NCBI GenBank assembly: GCA_030390025.1
Contig: CM059432.1
Location: 49,726,001 to 49,790,000, forward strand
DNA: 64,000 nucleotides
Source: Squalus acanthias
Lineage: Eukaryota
Direction of reading: 5' to 3'
Under the pieces are notes generated by a model. That model was not told where the DNA came from. It made no database searches and worked only from the letters and a program-made list of their open reading frames with translations. This document shows positions 12,481-25,887 of this stretch, piece by piece. The position numbers were made by a program, and so were the translations under genes. Within the stretch, counting starts at the first letter, position 1. Every line of letters starts with the position of its first letter.

Positions 12481-14096
12481 AACAGACATGCTACAAGATT
12501 TTCTCCAACTTGTCTCCTTAAATATGATTGATCGGGGTACAATTTAAAATCTTTGTTAAGGGAATTAATAAGATGATTATGAGTAACCCTTTTGTGTGGA
12601 ATGAAAAGAAGAGAACCAATGAGTGATTTTTCTCGTGCATTACTGTCTGTACAATGTACATGGGCAATATGTTAGATACTGGTCATTTTTCAGTTAATAA
12701 ATTTGTTATTGCCCAAATCACTGCTCCTATAGTTTTTATCACTGTTCTTAGCCAGATGGAATATATGTTTTGACTTGCAAAAATGGTGTTCCTCTCTTAA
12801 CTTAGCATCCACACAATGTTCCATTATAATTGTGATTGATGCTGTCAAGGATAATAAGATCTGCTCTCATCTGTTATTAATGATACTTCAGGCCTGTAAA
12901 ATTGCTGTAATAGTAGTTGCAGTTATTATTCAATGTGGAAAATGCAGAGTCCCTTGCCCTAATTACAGTCTCCAATGTGCATCTAGCAGATTATTGCTGC
13001 TTTTGTTAATAGGAAGGATAATTTGTTTTTTTGCCAACTTCAATCTTGGATTTCATTTCAGAATCTACCAATTGTAGTCATCTGAAATTTTGAATGTTTA
13101 ACAGTATGTTGCACAAGTCAGTGATCCAGTCCTTACCTAGTCTCTTTAAGTGAAATGACACAATAAAAAGAGAATTTCAGGAGCACAGGTACAATTGCTG
13201 CCATTTTGTCTTCTATGTGCATATTCAATTAGATTACTCCACACTATTAAACAAATGTATCACTTAAGAAGGTTGTTAGCTGCTTGAGCAGTGCTAAGCA
13301 GCCATTATAAGAAGTCCATTGTGACTCTCTTGTGTTTTTTTTATTCCTGCTAATGAAATTACATTCAACAAAACTTCATGGCCGTGATTTTGTTAGTGAA
13401 AATATAACCCATCGTTCCCCACTGTCTCTTTGTTAAATAGATTGCTGGTATTAAAAAAGATATACACAAGACTTACGTTGTGAAATGCAACAAACAGATT
13501 TTATTTTGAGGTAGTTATTTCACTGAAAGGCTGTTGTTTTTTTCTAAAACATTCTTCACTGAAAAGATTGGAAGGAGCTGATATAATTCTTTGACATAGA
13601 CATATCCTTAAAATAGATAGTTATTACTGGGAATAGATGATGACTTGGCTTCCATGTATGAAGGACCTGGTCAATCTGCTAGGGGAATCTAGCTGACCAC
13701 CACCAGCTAAAGATTAGTAGGGAGTCCAAGGAGCCAGGCGCTGGCTCAACATCCTCGATAAGGATAAGTTTGGACTACAAGTGGATGGAATCTCCAAGGT
13801 GGATTCTAAATTATTTTTGTTTGGTAAACCATTTTTTGGAAATGATTGGTGTGTCTGCATGGGGTATACATAGGTAAGAATAAAAATCACATTGTACAAG
13901 CATTCACATGGTATCAAAATTACCTGCACACTAAAGTATAAACTTCTATGGTTGGCAGGTCTCTATCCTCTGCCTTAACTTTCTGACTACTGCTTTAAAT
14001 CTGTCGTATTCAATCATCTCTGGTGCTGAAAAGGGATTCTGAAGGAATGTCTGTAGGAAGGTAGACCAAGTATTGCACCAATACCCAGTTTACAGC

Positions 14097-14882
14097 CAAC
14101 AATGACAACTTGCATTTATATAGCGCCTTTAATATAGTAAAATGTCCCAAGGCTCTTCACAGGAGCGTTATCAAACAAAATTTGACAGCAAGCCAGGTAA
14201 GGAGATATTAGGACAGGTCAAAGAGGTAGGTTTAAAGAGTATCTTCAAGGAGGAGAGAGGGGTAGAGAGGCGGATAGGTTTAGGGTGGGAATTCCAGAGC
14301 ATAGGGCCTAGGCAGCTGAAGGCATGGCCGGCAATGGTGGGGTGATGGTAATCGGGGATGCGCAAGAGGCCAGAATTGGAGGAGCGCAGAGATCGTGGAG
14401 GGTTTTATGGCTGGAGGAGATTACAGAGATAGGAAGGGGTGAGGCCATGAAGGGATTTGATCACAGGGGTGAGAATTTTAAATTCAAAGCTTTGCTGGAC
14501 TGGGAGCTAATGTAGGTCAGTGAGCACTGGGGTGATGGGTGAATGGGAATTGGTGCAAGTTAGGATACAAGCAGCAGAGTTTTAGATGAGCTGAAGTTTA
14601 TGGACAGTGGTAGATGGGAGGCCAGTCAAGAAAACATTGGAATAGTTGAGTCTGGAGGTAACAAAGGCATAGATGAGGGTCTCAGCAACCGATGGGCTGA
14701 GGCAGTTGTCGAGACGGGTGATATTACGGAGGTGGTACTAGGCGGCGTTGGTGATGGAGAGGATATCGGGTCAGAAGCTCAGTTCAGAGTCAAATAGGAT
14801 GCTGAGGTTCCAAACAGTCTGGTTTAGCCTCAGATAGTGGCCAGGATGGAGGATGGAGGATGGAGTCAGTGGCTAAGGAATG
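14097..14882 (-). mobile_element. L2 LINE 3' fragment
   Basis: Minus strand encodes degraded HITPVL.DLH.LPV..FKIL..KSLHGL.PSYL..LRSS..LL (L2 C-terminus). 3' end GCGCTATATAAATGCAAGTTGT. Confidence 0.85.
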
Positions 14883-15289
14883 AACTAGTCAGCCACATCT
14901 TGCCCTTGGATTTTCAGTGCAAAAGGGAATTAGCACTGGCATTCTGCTCGGCCTCCCTTTAATTTGGTTGTATTATCCTGTCTACTGCGCTTGTCGCACA
15001 AGTGATAAGTGGCACGGCTCTTTTATTTCTAGATGTGTAGTTTTATTCTCAGGTTTTTAATGTCCTGCCTAATGGTCTGAGAGGATTTGGGATAGATTTG
15101 GTTTCATCCCAGTTCCATCCAAAAGAGATTTTGCAATCACAAGTCTGCTGGAGTCCACTTTTCTTTGCAAAAACACCAAGGTGTCACCTTGAAACTGGCT
15201 TAGCTGAAAATGGAAAGAACTCCAGTTTCCAAAGCACAGTTCATGGTAGAAGGAATGACTATTATATTAATTTCATTTTCAAACACTAA

Positions 15290-17060
15290 GGGCTGGATTT
15301 TCGGGGGGGGGGGGGGAGGGGGGGGGGGGGTCAGTGGGCACGATCGGTGGCAGGTTGGGTGGGAAAGTTTTTTTTCCCAGCGAGTTGGGACCCCGCTGTG
15401 AACTCGCCACCACGCGCCTTTACCAAAAGTCAGGTCTGTCAGTGCTGACCAGACCCAACACGCAATGGCGGGGGAGGCAATTAAAATCATTCGTGGCTTG
15501 TTTACAGCCACTTATCAATGTTTTTTTTCCCAGCTTTATGGAGTTGACAGCTCGCCCACCGGTTTCCCACTGTGCCTAGACCTCATCTGTGAAGCTGAGG
15601 TGGGAGGTCCGTGGTCATTGAATCAGCTGATGAGTTGACAGCTTGAATGTCAAGTCAAAACTCCCAGCTGATGTTCCCTTCACCATTAGTTTCTTTAAAC
15701 TGCATTTCCACTACAGATTCAGGATTCTGCAAGTCTTTACACACGTCTCCATCCAGTCTGACCTCATTACCTCTCCCACCATTGACAGATCGCTTCTGTC
15801 ATCTCTACTTCACCTGCCATCTATTCCATCTGCATGGGTGCCCTTGAAACTCTCTCACCTTGGTCCTCAGAATCCCACCACGATCAGCCCCAACACCAGC
15901 ATCACCAGGCACACCAGCAGCACCAACAACAACACCAACCTCCTCCGCAATCAACTGATGCTGCACAGGACAAAGGGCATCAGCACCCGACTACATTGCT
16001 GCCTGGAAGGTCAGGGATGGCCTCACCATGGCCAGATTTACTTCACTTGATGCTGTACACTCTGGCTGCCACATGATGCACCAGGTTGGCACCGCCCCAC
16101 ACCAACACCATAAAGCATCCCTACAATGCCCAAGCCATTCATTTCACACTCATCACAATTGCCTCACCATTATGTCTCACCATTCACTGCAACTCACTAA
16201 GCCACTTCCAAAGGTGCACACAAATCTGTCCAAGAACGCAAAGTGTTAAAAATAAAGGTTTCAATGTTTGACACCACATTAACAGAAACTTTACATGAAC
16301 ATTGGCTAAAACACCCATGTGCCTACCCTTGTGTATTGTTAGTTGGTATGATTGCACTAGGATGAGGGTGAGTGTGAGGGGTGACTAGTGAGATGGGGAT
16401 GTGATAATATAGGTAGAGAGGGATGGGTGGAGGTGCAAGGTAAGTTGGTGTGAGTAAGGGTGTGCAGGAGTAGGGTAGGGAAGGCAGAGTGATGGGGATG
16501 TGATGAGAGGCACAGCAGGATGAGGTTGAGTGTGGCTTTGTACTAACGTTTCGTGATCTACTGAGATCATTGAAACTTTTGCGGCACTGCACCCAGGTCC
16601 TCCTGACCACATCCCTGCTTGTGCCCTCCTCTGCAATGTGCAACCAGGCTGTGTTGATCTCCTGGGGAGGTCTCTTCCGCCCTTGGGAAGGGAAGAGGAC
16701 CTCCCTTTGTGCTGTGACTCCCTCCATAAGCATATGGAGAGCGTCATGGGAGAGCCTGGGTGCACCTCTGTGCAATGCTTGTCAGTGTTTGCAGCACCTC
16801 AATGCTGTAGAACACTGACAGCACAAATGTCAAAAGAAAGTTGGCCATGGTCCCTTTAAAGAAGCCGGCTGATCACAAATCATGAAATGACGTCACCAGA
16901 CCCGCTTCCTCTAATTGGGCCAGATAACGTGCTGGGCGGGCATAACAAGCCCTATCAAGGGAATTTCATTTCAGAGGCCAGGATGGAGACAGCAGCGGGG
17001 TCGGGACCCGCCACCGACGTCGCCCGCAACGGACCTGCCGAGGTTCATAAAATCGCGGCC
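15290..17060. mobile_element. Non-autonomous Harbinger with transposase N-terminal remnant (+, from 15834) and Myb exon 1 (-, about 16549-16775)
   Basis: TIRs GGGCTGGATTTT / AAAATCGCGGCC with TAA TSD on both sides. APRLSHDALHMLMEGV..WLHIAEE..RTWVQCRKSFNDL is followed by a GTTAGT donor. Gln/His-rich N-terminus like that at 58250-58420. Confidence 0.88.
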
Positions 17061-18464
17061 TAAGATTTGGATGAGCCCCACATCCCCCCCAGTAGCTTCA
17101 GAAAAGCAGAGTTAATTTTCACGGCCTCTAGCTGCTCATTAACGCAAATGCCCTTTCTGGATAATTGTTCATTTATGGAATCTCAGAGAGTTCCTCTGAT
17201 AGGAGAAAGGCTATGAACTGCTGTGAGATAGATGTTTGTTTGTCACAGAAGACTGAGCCAATATCCTATTGGAGTTTGTCCACTAAGATTTGCACCAACA
17301 GCCTCAGAAGGAATATTGGCAGAGGTTTTTCACTGATTTCTCGGTGGATCTGGCAGACACAGACATAAAACAATTCGGGAATGTGCTCTGCTGCGTCCCT
17401 GCCTCCCTGCGGATTTTCGGTGGCTCGTCCCATCGGGGTAAACTCCCCACCCATGTGCGGGCAAGCATATGTTAACTGTAATAAGGGAAACAAGGCATCC
17501 ACTGTGTTTCCCACCATTTCTGCTGTTTGAGCACTAGGCTGGGGACTGTGTGCTAAGTCCCGGCATCCAACATTCAGAGGTCGGTGAAGGGGGCTCCAGT
17601 GCACAAATTGAAGAGGGACGTGTGAAAGTACTCTCAGATTGCAGCCATGCACAGGCCCCCTTAGTGAGACGCAAGATTTTTAGGATGAACTTTTTTTGGC
17701 ATACGAGCCACTCCCCAGGATCGAAAATACGGCTGGTGTCAATAGGGCATCTCTGTGGTGGGCGGAGATGAACCCCAACTGGGGGGGGGGGGGGTGGGGC
17801 GGGGTGGTGTTGAGTGGGAGAGGTAGAAACCAATACTTTCTGTAAGCTCATTATCTCTCACAGAAATACCTGTGCCACAGGAATGACTTGGAAACATCCT
17901 CAGCATTGTTTCTGAGATGGTGTTTTTGAACAGGCTGAGAATGTTGACCAGTTAGTGTTCAGTGTATAATTGGCAAGTATCATGCTGTTATGAAATTTTG
18001 GACGGCAGTTGGATTCAATGGCGTCAGTCACTCCCTAAAATGGCCTGAGCTTTTACTTTTCTGGAAGTTGGAGCACACTGCTCAATATCTACAGGTACGA
18101 TAGCATAACCTGTGGATGTAACAATAGCATTGACTTATGGTCTGGATTAGATACTTGAGTCTTTTGTGTGTACGTTTCTTTAACCTCCTTGATGGCGGAC
18201 CGAATTGCCACTAGGAGAGGTGAGACTTGCTATAAATTATTAAGCTGCTTTGTTTCACAGTAAGATAATGTACAGAGCAACAGTTATGATAAGTGACACT
18301 TAGTTCAATTGGTAAAACTTATCTTAATGCTGAATGATATAAAAATAACAAACAAGCACTTTGCTGTCTGCTGTCCTCCACAATTGCTCTCACAGCTTTC
18401 CCTTTTACCAAGTCTGACTGCTCACATGTGAGCTTTGCTGAACTTTATCCTACTATGGCAAAAC

Positions 18465-19258
18465 GATGACAGCTGGAGTTCAATATGGGGAAGTGTGAGG
18501 TTTGGATCCGAGAAAGACAAATCAGAATATTTTCTTAATCGGGGAAGACTGGGAGCTGTGGAGGAGCAAAGAGATTTAGGTATCTATGTACACAAATCCC
18601 TAAAAGCTAGGACACAGGTCCAAAAAATAATCATGAAGGCTACTGGAACATTGGCCTTTATCTCAAGGGGGTTGAAATTCAAACCTGAAGAAGTAAAACG
18701 TCAGTTGTACAGAGCCTTGGTCAGACCCCATCTGGAGTATTGTGTTCAGTTTTGGCCATCGCACCTTAGGGAAGATATATTGGCCTTAGAAAGGGTACAG
18801 CGTAGATTCACCAGAATGATACCAGGGATTAAAGGGTTTAAATCATGAAGATAGATTGCATAAATTGCCTTGTATTCCTGGGAGTTTAGAAAGTTGAGGA
18901 GAGATCTAATTGAGGTGTTTAAAATGATAAAGTGATTCAGTAGGGTAGATAGAGAGAAACTATTTCCTCTAGTGAGGGAATTTTAGAATAAAAGGGCATA
19001 ATCTTAAAATTAGAGCTAGGTCACTAGGGAGTGAAATCAGGAAGCACTTTTTCCACATAAAGGGTAGTGTAAATCTAGAAATCTCTCCCCCAAAAAACTG
19101 TGGATGCTGGGTCAATTGAAATTTTCAAGTTTGACAGATTTTTGTCGGGGAGGGGTCTCAAGGGATATGGAGCAAAGGTCGGTAAATGGAGTTGAGGTGC
19201 AGATCAGTCATGATCTAACTGAATGGTGGAACAGGCTCAAGGGGCTGAATGGCCCACG
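18465..19258 (+). mobile_element. Old CR1 3' fragment
   Basis: EQRDLGIYVHKSLK..QLYRALVRPHLEYCVQFW..ERVQRRFTRMIPG, then CR1 3' UTR. Confidence 0.85.
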
Positions 19259-19498
19259 GAAATTTCCATGGGAAATTGAGGATTTGTACCAGAACCCTCC
19301 TCTTGTCCAGGGTTGGCCAGACGGACTGTTAGTCAAGCCTCACATTGTAACTAAATCCATGTAAAGCTCAACTTGAAAGGACATTCAATCCCCACTCCCA
19401 CTCCTACAGTGTGAATGTTTGTTGGTAGCTCCTGGGATGAGATCATAACTTGCTTATTGTTCATGATCATCCTGGGTGACGGTGTCAATGTCATACTC

Positions 19499-22400
19499 AT
19501 AGAGTCATAGAGTTATACAGCACAGAAAGAGGCCCTTCGGCCCATCGTGTCCGCGCCAGCCATCAAGCCCTGTCTATTCTAATCCCATTTTCCAGAACTT
19601 GGTCCGTAGCCTTGTATGCTATGTCGTTTCAAGTGCTCATCTAAATGCTTCTTGAATGTTGTGAGAGTTCCTGCCTCTACCACCCTTTCAGGCAGTGAGT
19701 TCCAGATTCCAACCACCCTCTGGATGAAAAAGTTTTTCCTCAAATACCCTCTAAACCTCCTGCCCCTTACCTTGAAACTATGCCCCCTGGTTATTGACCC
19801 CTCTACTAAGGGGAAAAGTTCCTTTCTATCTACCCTATCTATGCCCCTCATAATTTTGTACACCTCAATCAGGTCCCCCCTCAGCCTTCTCTGCTCTAAG
19901 GAAAACAACCCCAGCTTGTCCAGTCTCTCTTCATAGCTGAAGCGCTGCAGCCCAGGTAACATCCTGGTGAATCTCCTCTGCACCCTCTCCAATGCAATCA
20001 CATCCTTCCTATAGTGTGGCGACCAGAACTGCACACAGTATTCCAGCTGTGGCCTAACTAGTGTTTTGTACACCTCCATCATAACCTCGCTGCTCTTATA
20101 TTCTATGCCTCGGCTAATGAAGGCAAGTATCCCATATGCCTTTTTAACCACCTTATCTACCTGTCCTGCTGCCTTCAGGGATCTACGTACATGCACACCA
20201 AGGTCCCCCTGATCCTCTGTCCTTCCTAGGGTCCTACCATTCATTGTGTATTCCCTTGCCTTGTTAGTCCTCCCAAAATGCATCACCTCACACTTTTCAG
20301 GGTTAAATTCCATTTGCCACTGTTCTGCCCATCTAACCAATCCGTCTATATCGTCCTGTAGCCTGAGGCTTCCCTCCTCACTATTTACCACCCCACCAAT
20401 TATCGTGTCATCTGCGAACTTACTGATCATACCTCCTAGATTCATAACTAAATCATTAATGTACACTACAAACAGCAAAGGACCCAGCACCAATCCTTGC
20501 GGTACACCACTGGACACAGGCTTCCAGTCACAAAAACAACCTTTGACCATCACCCTCTGCCTCCTGCCACTAAGCTAATTTTGGATCCAATGTGCCAAGT
20601 TGCCCTGGATCCCATGGGCTCTTACCTTCTTGACCAGTCTCCCATGCGGGACTTTGTCAAAAGCCTTACTGAAGTCCATGTAGACTACATCAACTGCACT
20701 ACCCTCATCCACACACCTAGTCACCCCCTCGCAAAATTCAATCAAATTGGTCAGACATGATCTCCCCCTGACAAAGCCATGCTGACTATCCTTGATTAAT
20801 TCTTGCCTCTCCAAGTGGAGACTAATTCTGTCCCTCAGAATTTTTTCCAATAATATCCCTACCACTGATGTTAGGTTCACTGGCCTGTAATTCCCTGGTT
20901 TATCCCTACTACCCTTCTTGAATAATGGTACTACGTTAGCTGTTCTCCAGTCCTCTGGCACCTCTCCTGTGGCCAGAGAGGTTCTGAAAATTTGTGTCAG
21001 AGCCCCTGCAATCTCCTCCCTTGCCTCACACAGCAGCCTGGGATACATCTCGTCTGGGCCTGGGGCTTTATCCACTTTTAAGCCCGATAATACCACTAGT
21101 ACCTCCTCCCTCTCAATTCTAATTTGTTCAAGTATATCACAATCCCCCTGCCTGATTTCTATGCCTACATCGTCCTTCTCCATAGTGAACACAGATGCAA
21201 AATATTCATTTAAAACCCCACCGACATCTTTCGGCTCGACACACAGATTGCCACTTTGGTTCCTAATGGGCCCTACTCTTACCCTGGTTATCCTCTTGTC
21301 CTTAATATACTTATAAAACACCTTGGGATTTTCCTTTATTTTGCCCACCAGTGTTATTTCATGCCCCCTCTTCGCTCTCCTAATTTCTTTTTTAAGTACC
21401 CCCCTGCACTTTCTATACTCCTCTAGGGCTTCCACTGTTTTTAGTCCTTTGTATCTGCCAAAAGCCTACCTTTTTTTCCTAATCCATTCTCGTATATCCC
21501 TTGATATCCAGGGTTCCCTGGGCTTGTTGGTCCCACCCTTGACCTTTTACGGGAACATGTTGCCGTTGTACTCTCTCTATTTCCTTTCTGAAAGACTCCC
21601 ACTGCTCTGATGTGGATTTTCCTACAAGTAGCTGATACCAGTCCACTTTGGCCAGATCCTGCCTTATCATATTAAAATCGGTCTTCCCCCAATTTAGAAC
21701 CTTTATTTCCAGTCCATCTTTGTCCTTTTCCGTGACAACCTTAAATCTCACCGAATCATGGTCACTGTCACCAAAATGCTCTCCTACTAACACTTCTACC
21801 ACTTGCCCAGCTACATTCCCTAGAATTAGGTCCAGTACCACCCCCTCTCTTGTTGGACTTTCTACATGCTGGCTCAAAAAGCTCTCCTGGATGCTGTTTA
21901 AGAATTCTGCACCCTCTAAGCCTTTCACACTCTGACTATCCCAATTAATATTGGGGAAGTTGAAATCCCCTACTATTATTACCCTATTATTTCTACACTT
22001 CTCTGAGATTTGCCTACATATCTGTTCCTCTATCTCCCCCTGACTGTTTGGAGGCCTATAGTACACTCCCAGCAAAGTGCTTGCCCCCTTTTTGTTTTTA
22101 AGTTCTACCCATATGGCCTCATTAGAGGAACCTGCTAAGATATCATCCCTCCTTAAAGCAGTAATTGACTCCGTGATTAATATTGCGACACCCCGTCCTC
22201 TTTTACACCCCCCTCTGTCTCGCCTGAAGATTCTATACCCTGGAATATTGAGCTGCCAGTCCTGCCCCTCCCTCAACCATGTCTCTGTGATAGCAACAAT
22301 ATCATACTCCCATGTGTTCATCAACACCTTCAATTCATCTGCCTTACTCGCAAGATTCCTTGCATTAAAATAAATGCCATCCAGCCTTGCCATACTCCCT

Positions 22401-23201
22401 TGTGCCGTTACATATTTGCTCTGCCTTCCAGGTTGACTTGTTTTTTCCTCTATATTTGGCTGTGCATCACCCCCTACTATAGCTCCACTCCGTATCCCAT
22501 CCCCCTGCCAAGTTAGTTTAAACCCCCCCAACAGTACTAGCAAACCTCCCTGCAAGGATGTTGGTCCCGTTCCGGTTCAGGTGCAGCCCATCCGACTTGT
22601 ACAGGTCCCACCTTCCCCAGAAGCAGACCCAATGATCCAGGAAACTAAAGCCCTCCCTCCTGCACCAACTCTTTAGCCACGCATTCATCTGCTCTATCCT
22701 CCTATTCCTATACTCACTAGCACGTGGCACCGGGAGTAATCCAGAGATTATAACCTTTGAGGTCCTGGTTTTTAATCTGCTACCTAGCTCCCTAAATTCT
22801 AGTTGCAGGACCTCATCCCTCTTTCTACCCATGTCGTTGGTACCAATGTGAACCACGACCTCTGACTGTTCGCCCTCCCCCTTCAGAATGCTCTGCAGCC
22901 GTTCAGTGACATCCTTGACCCTGGCACCAGGGAGGCAACATACCATCCTGGCGTCACGTCTGTGGCCACAGAAACGTCTATCTGTTCCCCTTACGATAGA
23001 ATCCCCTATCACTATTGCTCTCCCACTCTTTTCCTCCCCTCCTGTGCAGCTGAGCCACTCGTAGTGCCACGGACTTGGCTCTTGCTGCATTCCCCTGAGA
23101 AACCATCTCCCCCATCAGTATGCAAAACAGAAAATCTGTCGGAGAGGGAGATGGACCCAGGGGACTTCTGCACTACCTTCCTAGTTGTTTTACTCTGTCT
23201 G
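19499..23201 (-). mobile_element. Near full-length CR1 (partial ORF1 esterase + disrupted ORF2)
   Basis: ORF1 SGNH esterase (VIGDSIVRG..HIGTND..DGLHLN) at 22518-23090. ORF2 APE at 21479-22555 and RT at 20575-21435 and 19579-20553. (CTCTATGA)n tail at 19499. Confidence 0.95.
22518..23090 (-). pseudogene. CR1 ORF1 SGNH/GDSL esterase domain
   Basis: Block motifs GDS, G, GTND and DGLH are all present. Confidence 0.88.
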
Positions 23202-23682
23202 CAATGCCAGAAAATGCAGAGATGTTTTTTGTTTCAGCAGTCTCTGAATAAATTGTACTCCCACCTGTTGTTATGTTCTCATTCCGACAGTGTTCAGGGA
23301 AACCTTATTGTTGCTCTAGCTAAGGAAGTTTTAACAGTACAGGGGAAATCAGAGCAGATGTTTCTAGCAAGTGACATAATGTTAAAGCTTCTTTATGTTT
23401 GTCAGGGGAGTTATGTTTCACCAAATTGAGGGAGTTTGCAAAGTTGATTACTTGGTTACAATCCCTATCACTCATAAATTTGGCACTAATTCTGCTGCTG
23501 ATCGTGTTTAGATTGGCTTTCAACCTAGATTTGGACAGATTGTTGGGATAATTCCACCCAGTGAATATCATCTATGTCGTCTTTCTGATGTTGCTAGTGG
23601 AATGTTGACCTTCAAACAAAGTAACATTCAATGTATCATAACGTGAAACAGACTGGGCTCCAGAAGAAACTTCTTCTATGAT

Positions 23683-24446
23683 GGCCCAGAAATTAAACAG
23701 TGAGGGTTCCCGCGGGGGTAAGGATTCCCCGCGCTATCGCACTCCGCGCCTACCTTTTTGCTCCAGGCCCCCACGAACTTTAGTCTGAAAGGCTCTCTCT
23801 CTTGGAACCGTGCAGTGCTTGCGTGACCCAGAGACGCAATTAGTTCGTGCGAGCTCTGGGATCACGTGATTCAGTTAGAGCCAATGGCAGCACACCATCT
23901 TTCATTCATAGTTTTGACAGGAAGACCTGTCAAAGCTATAAATACTACACCCCCCAAAAGAACAGCTAAACCTCAATTAAATTTTAAAAAAAAGCCATCA
24001 CATTAATAAAATAAGTATAGTTAAATAAATTAACCACTTTAAACAAAAAATTAAATTTTTGAAAAAATTTAAAATCTTTTTAAAAGTTATAAAAATAAAC
24101 TTACCTTTCTTTAAAGTCTCTAAAAAAGATAAACCTGTTGAAAAAACTTTAAAATAACACTTAATTAACTACTTACCTTGTTAAAAGGGTGTCCTACGCC
24201 TGCTTTCTTTATGTGTAAAATATCCAACACTTACCTGCGCGTTCAAAGCTGAAAAAATAACTAAGTGCACTGTGTGCGCACAGCCTGTAGTAGGCACGCG
24301 GTTCACTTAGGAACCGCCCCCTTTTCAATTCACGAAGTGCCGGTTTCCCGCGCATGCGCAGTGCATGCAGGAAACCAGCAATTCGAGATCTAATACGCGA
24401 GAGTACACAGTGCATACTCTCACGTATTAGGTTTAATTTTCGGGCC
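23683..24446. mobile_element. Harbinger-type MITE (764 bp)
   Basis: TIR GGCCCAGAAATTAAAC / GTTTAATTTTCGGGCC (14/16) and 3-bp TSD GAT/AAT. A-rich core. Confidence 0.8.
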
Positions 24447-25244
24447 AATAAGAATCAGTGTCTATCATCAGTAAGAGGCACATGTTTAAAAAACTGCTGC
24501 TAGGCAAATGTCAGCAGAAAATTGCACAAACTATGATAGTTCTTCTCAAATGAGCCATTTGCTTCCCTGTGCATTTGCTGCATACCCCGACCTATTTTAG
24601 GCTATTGGTGGCTGTGAACTTGCTGCAGTAATTCTCTGGATGAGTTGTAAAGCGTAACCAGGTAACAGATGTATCATGTTTTTGACTAGAAAGAGGGAAA
24701 GAAGAGAGCAATTTTCATCAACTTCATTCTGACATTAACAGGTACAGCATGGGGAAATCCTTTGACAGTTTCGATAGGTATTGAAGATTGAGGTCGGAGC
24801 ATCGCTATAGTAGTACTGAAGAAAGATTGCTTGGCCCACATTTACTTCTTTTACTCCTTTGTACTCCCACTGTCTTCTATATATAATTGGTGGCACAGAA
24901 GACAAACTAAAACCTATGCTGGAGTTTTCTGAGGATACTGTTGGCAAGTCTGAGTCAGACATAAAGCAGTGCTTCCTTGATGTGCAAGGACTGCATCAGT
25001 AAGATGGAGAGCAAGTTACGTTCGGCTGAGTCTCACTTCTTGGGGGCATTTTGTTTGATTTTTGTAAAAGGCACACTGTCCTTGTTTATAGAATGTGTGT
25101 AGGTGTTAATAAATCAGAATAGTTTAAAACACAAGCCGGTCTTTTAAAGAGACCTTTTAGTGGAACTTGCTTTGGACAATTCTGCCTTTCATGAATAGTA
25201 TAATTCATCTCTGTAGACCTACACCCCGACAGTTTTTCCTCTTT

Positions 25245-25760
25245 AATAAAAACAGAAAATGCTGGAAAACACTCAGCAGGTCAGACAGCATCTGTGGAGA
25301 CAGAAATAGAGTTCACGGCTCCAATATTTACAGGGAGGCAGGGAGGGTACAGAGGAAGTGGAAACTGGCTGAAGATCCCAGCAAGGCCGGGGATGCGGAG
25401 GTCCTGCTGAGCATAACGGCAGGACCTCAGTAACGTTTTTTACTTCTGTTTCCCTCCTGGCAGCTGGCCAAATAGACAGCCTGGTCGGCACCTGGGAGGG
25501 AAAACCTGCGGCAAGAGGCCGCAGCTGGGGACTCTTGGGGACGGTACCCGGCAGTTGGGGAAGAGAGAGAGAGGCCGCGATCGGCAGGATATCGGACGCC
25601 TCGATATTCGCCGCTGAAGGAAGGTGGTGGGCGCAAGTGTGCTGTTTTGGGTGTGCGTTCCCCGTATTTAAGTCTTTAACCACCCCCTTCCACGACCCTC
25701 TTCTGCCCGTCGTGGGGGGGTTAATATCGAGGTCAATGTTTCAGGTCAATGAACTTTCTC
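25245..25760. mobile_element. Short shark repeat terminus (probably Penelope-like) split by a 418-bp Harbinger-type MITE at 25317-25734
   Basis: AAAACAGAAAATGCTGGAAA..CTCAGCAGGTCAG..GAGTT is interrupted and resumes GTTTCAGGTC. The same motif occurs at 45695-45800 and 54235-54276. MITE ends GGCTCCAATATTTAC / GTTAATATCGAGGTC. Confidence 0.6.
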
Positions 25761-25887
25761 TCTAGTTTTTCTCTTTAGTTTAGTTTCTGATCAATTTCTA
25801 TACTGCTTTCAAGCAGCTTCCCTAGATTAGACAACCTTTCAAACCTAAAATATGTTTAACTTGGGCATTTATTTACAAAGCTAAGTG

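Noticed and set aside
24735..25003. Host exon from short ORFs on either strand
   Set aside because: No recognisable domain, stops in all plus frames and no consistent splice pair.
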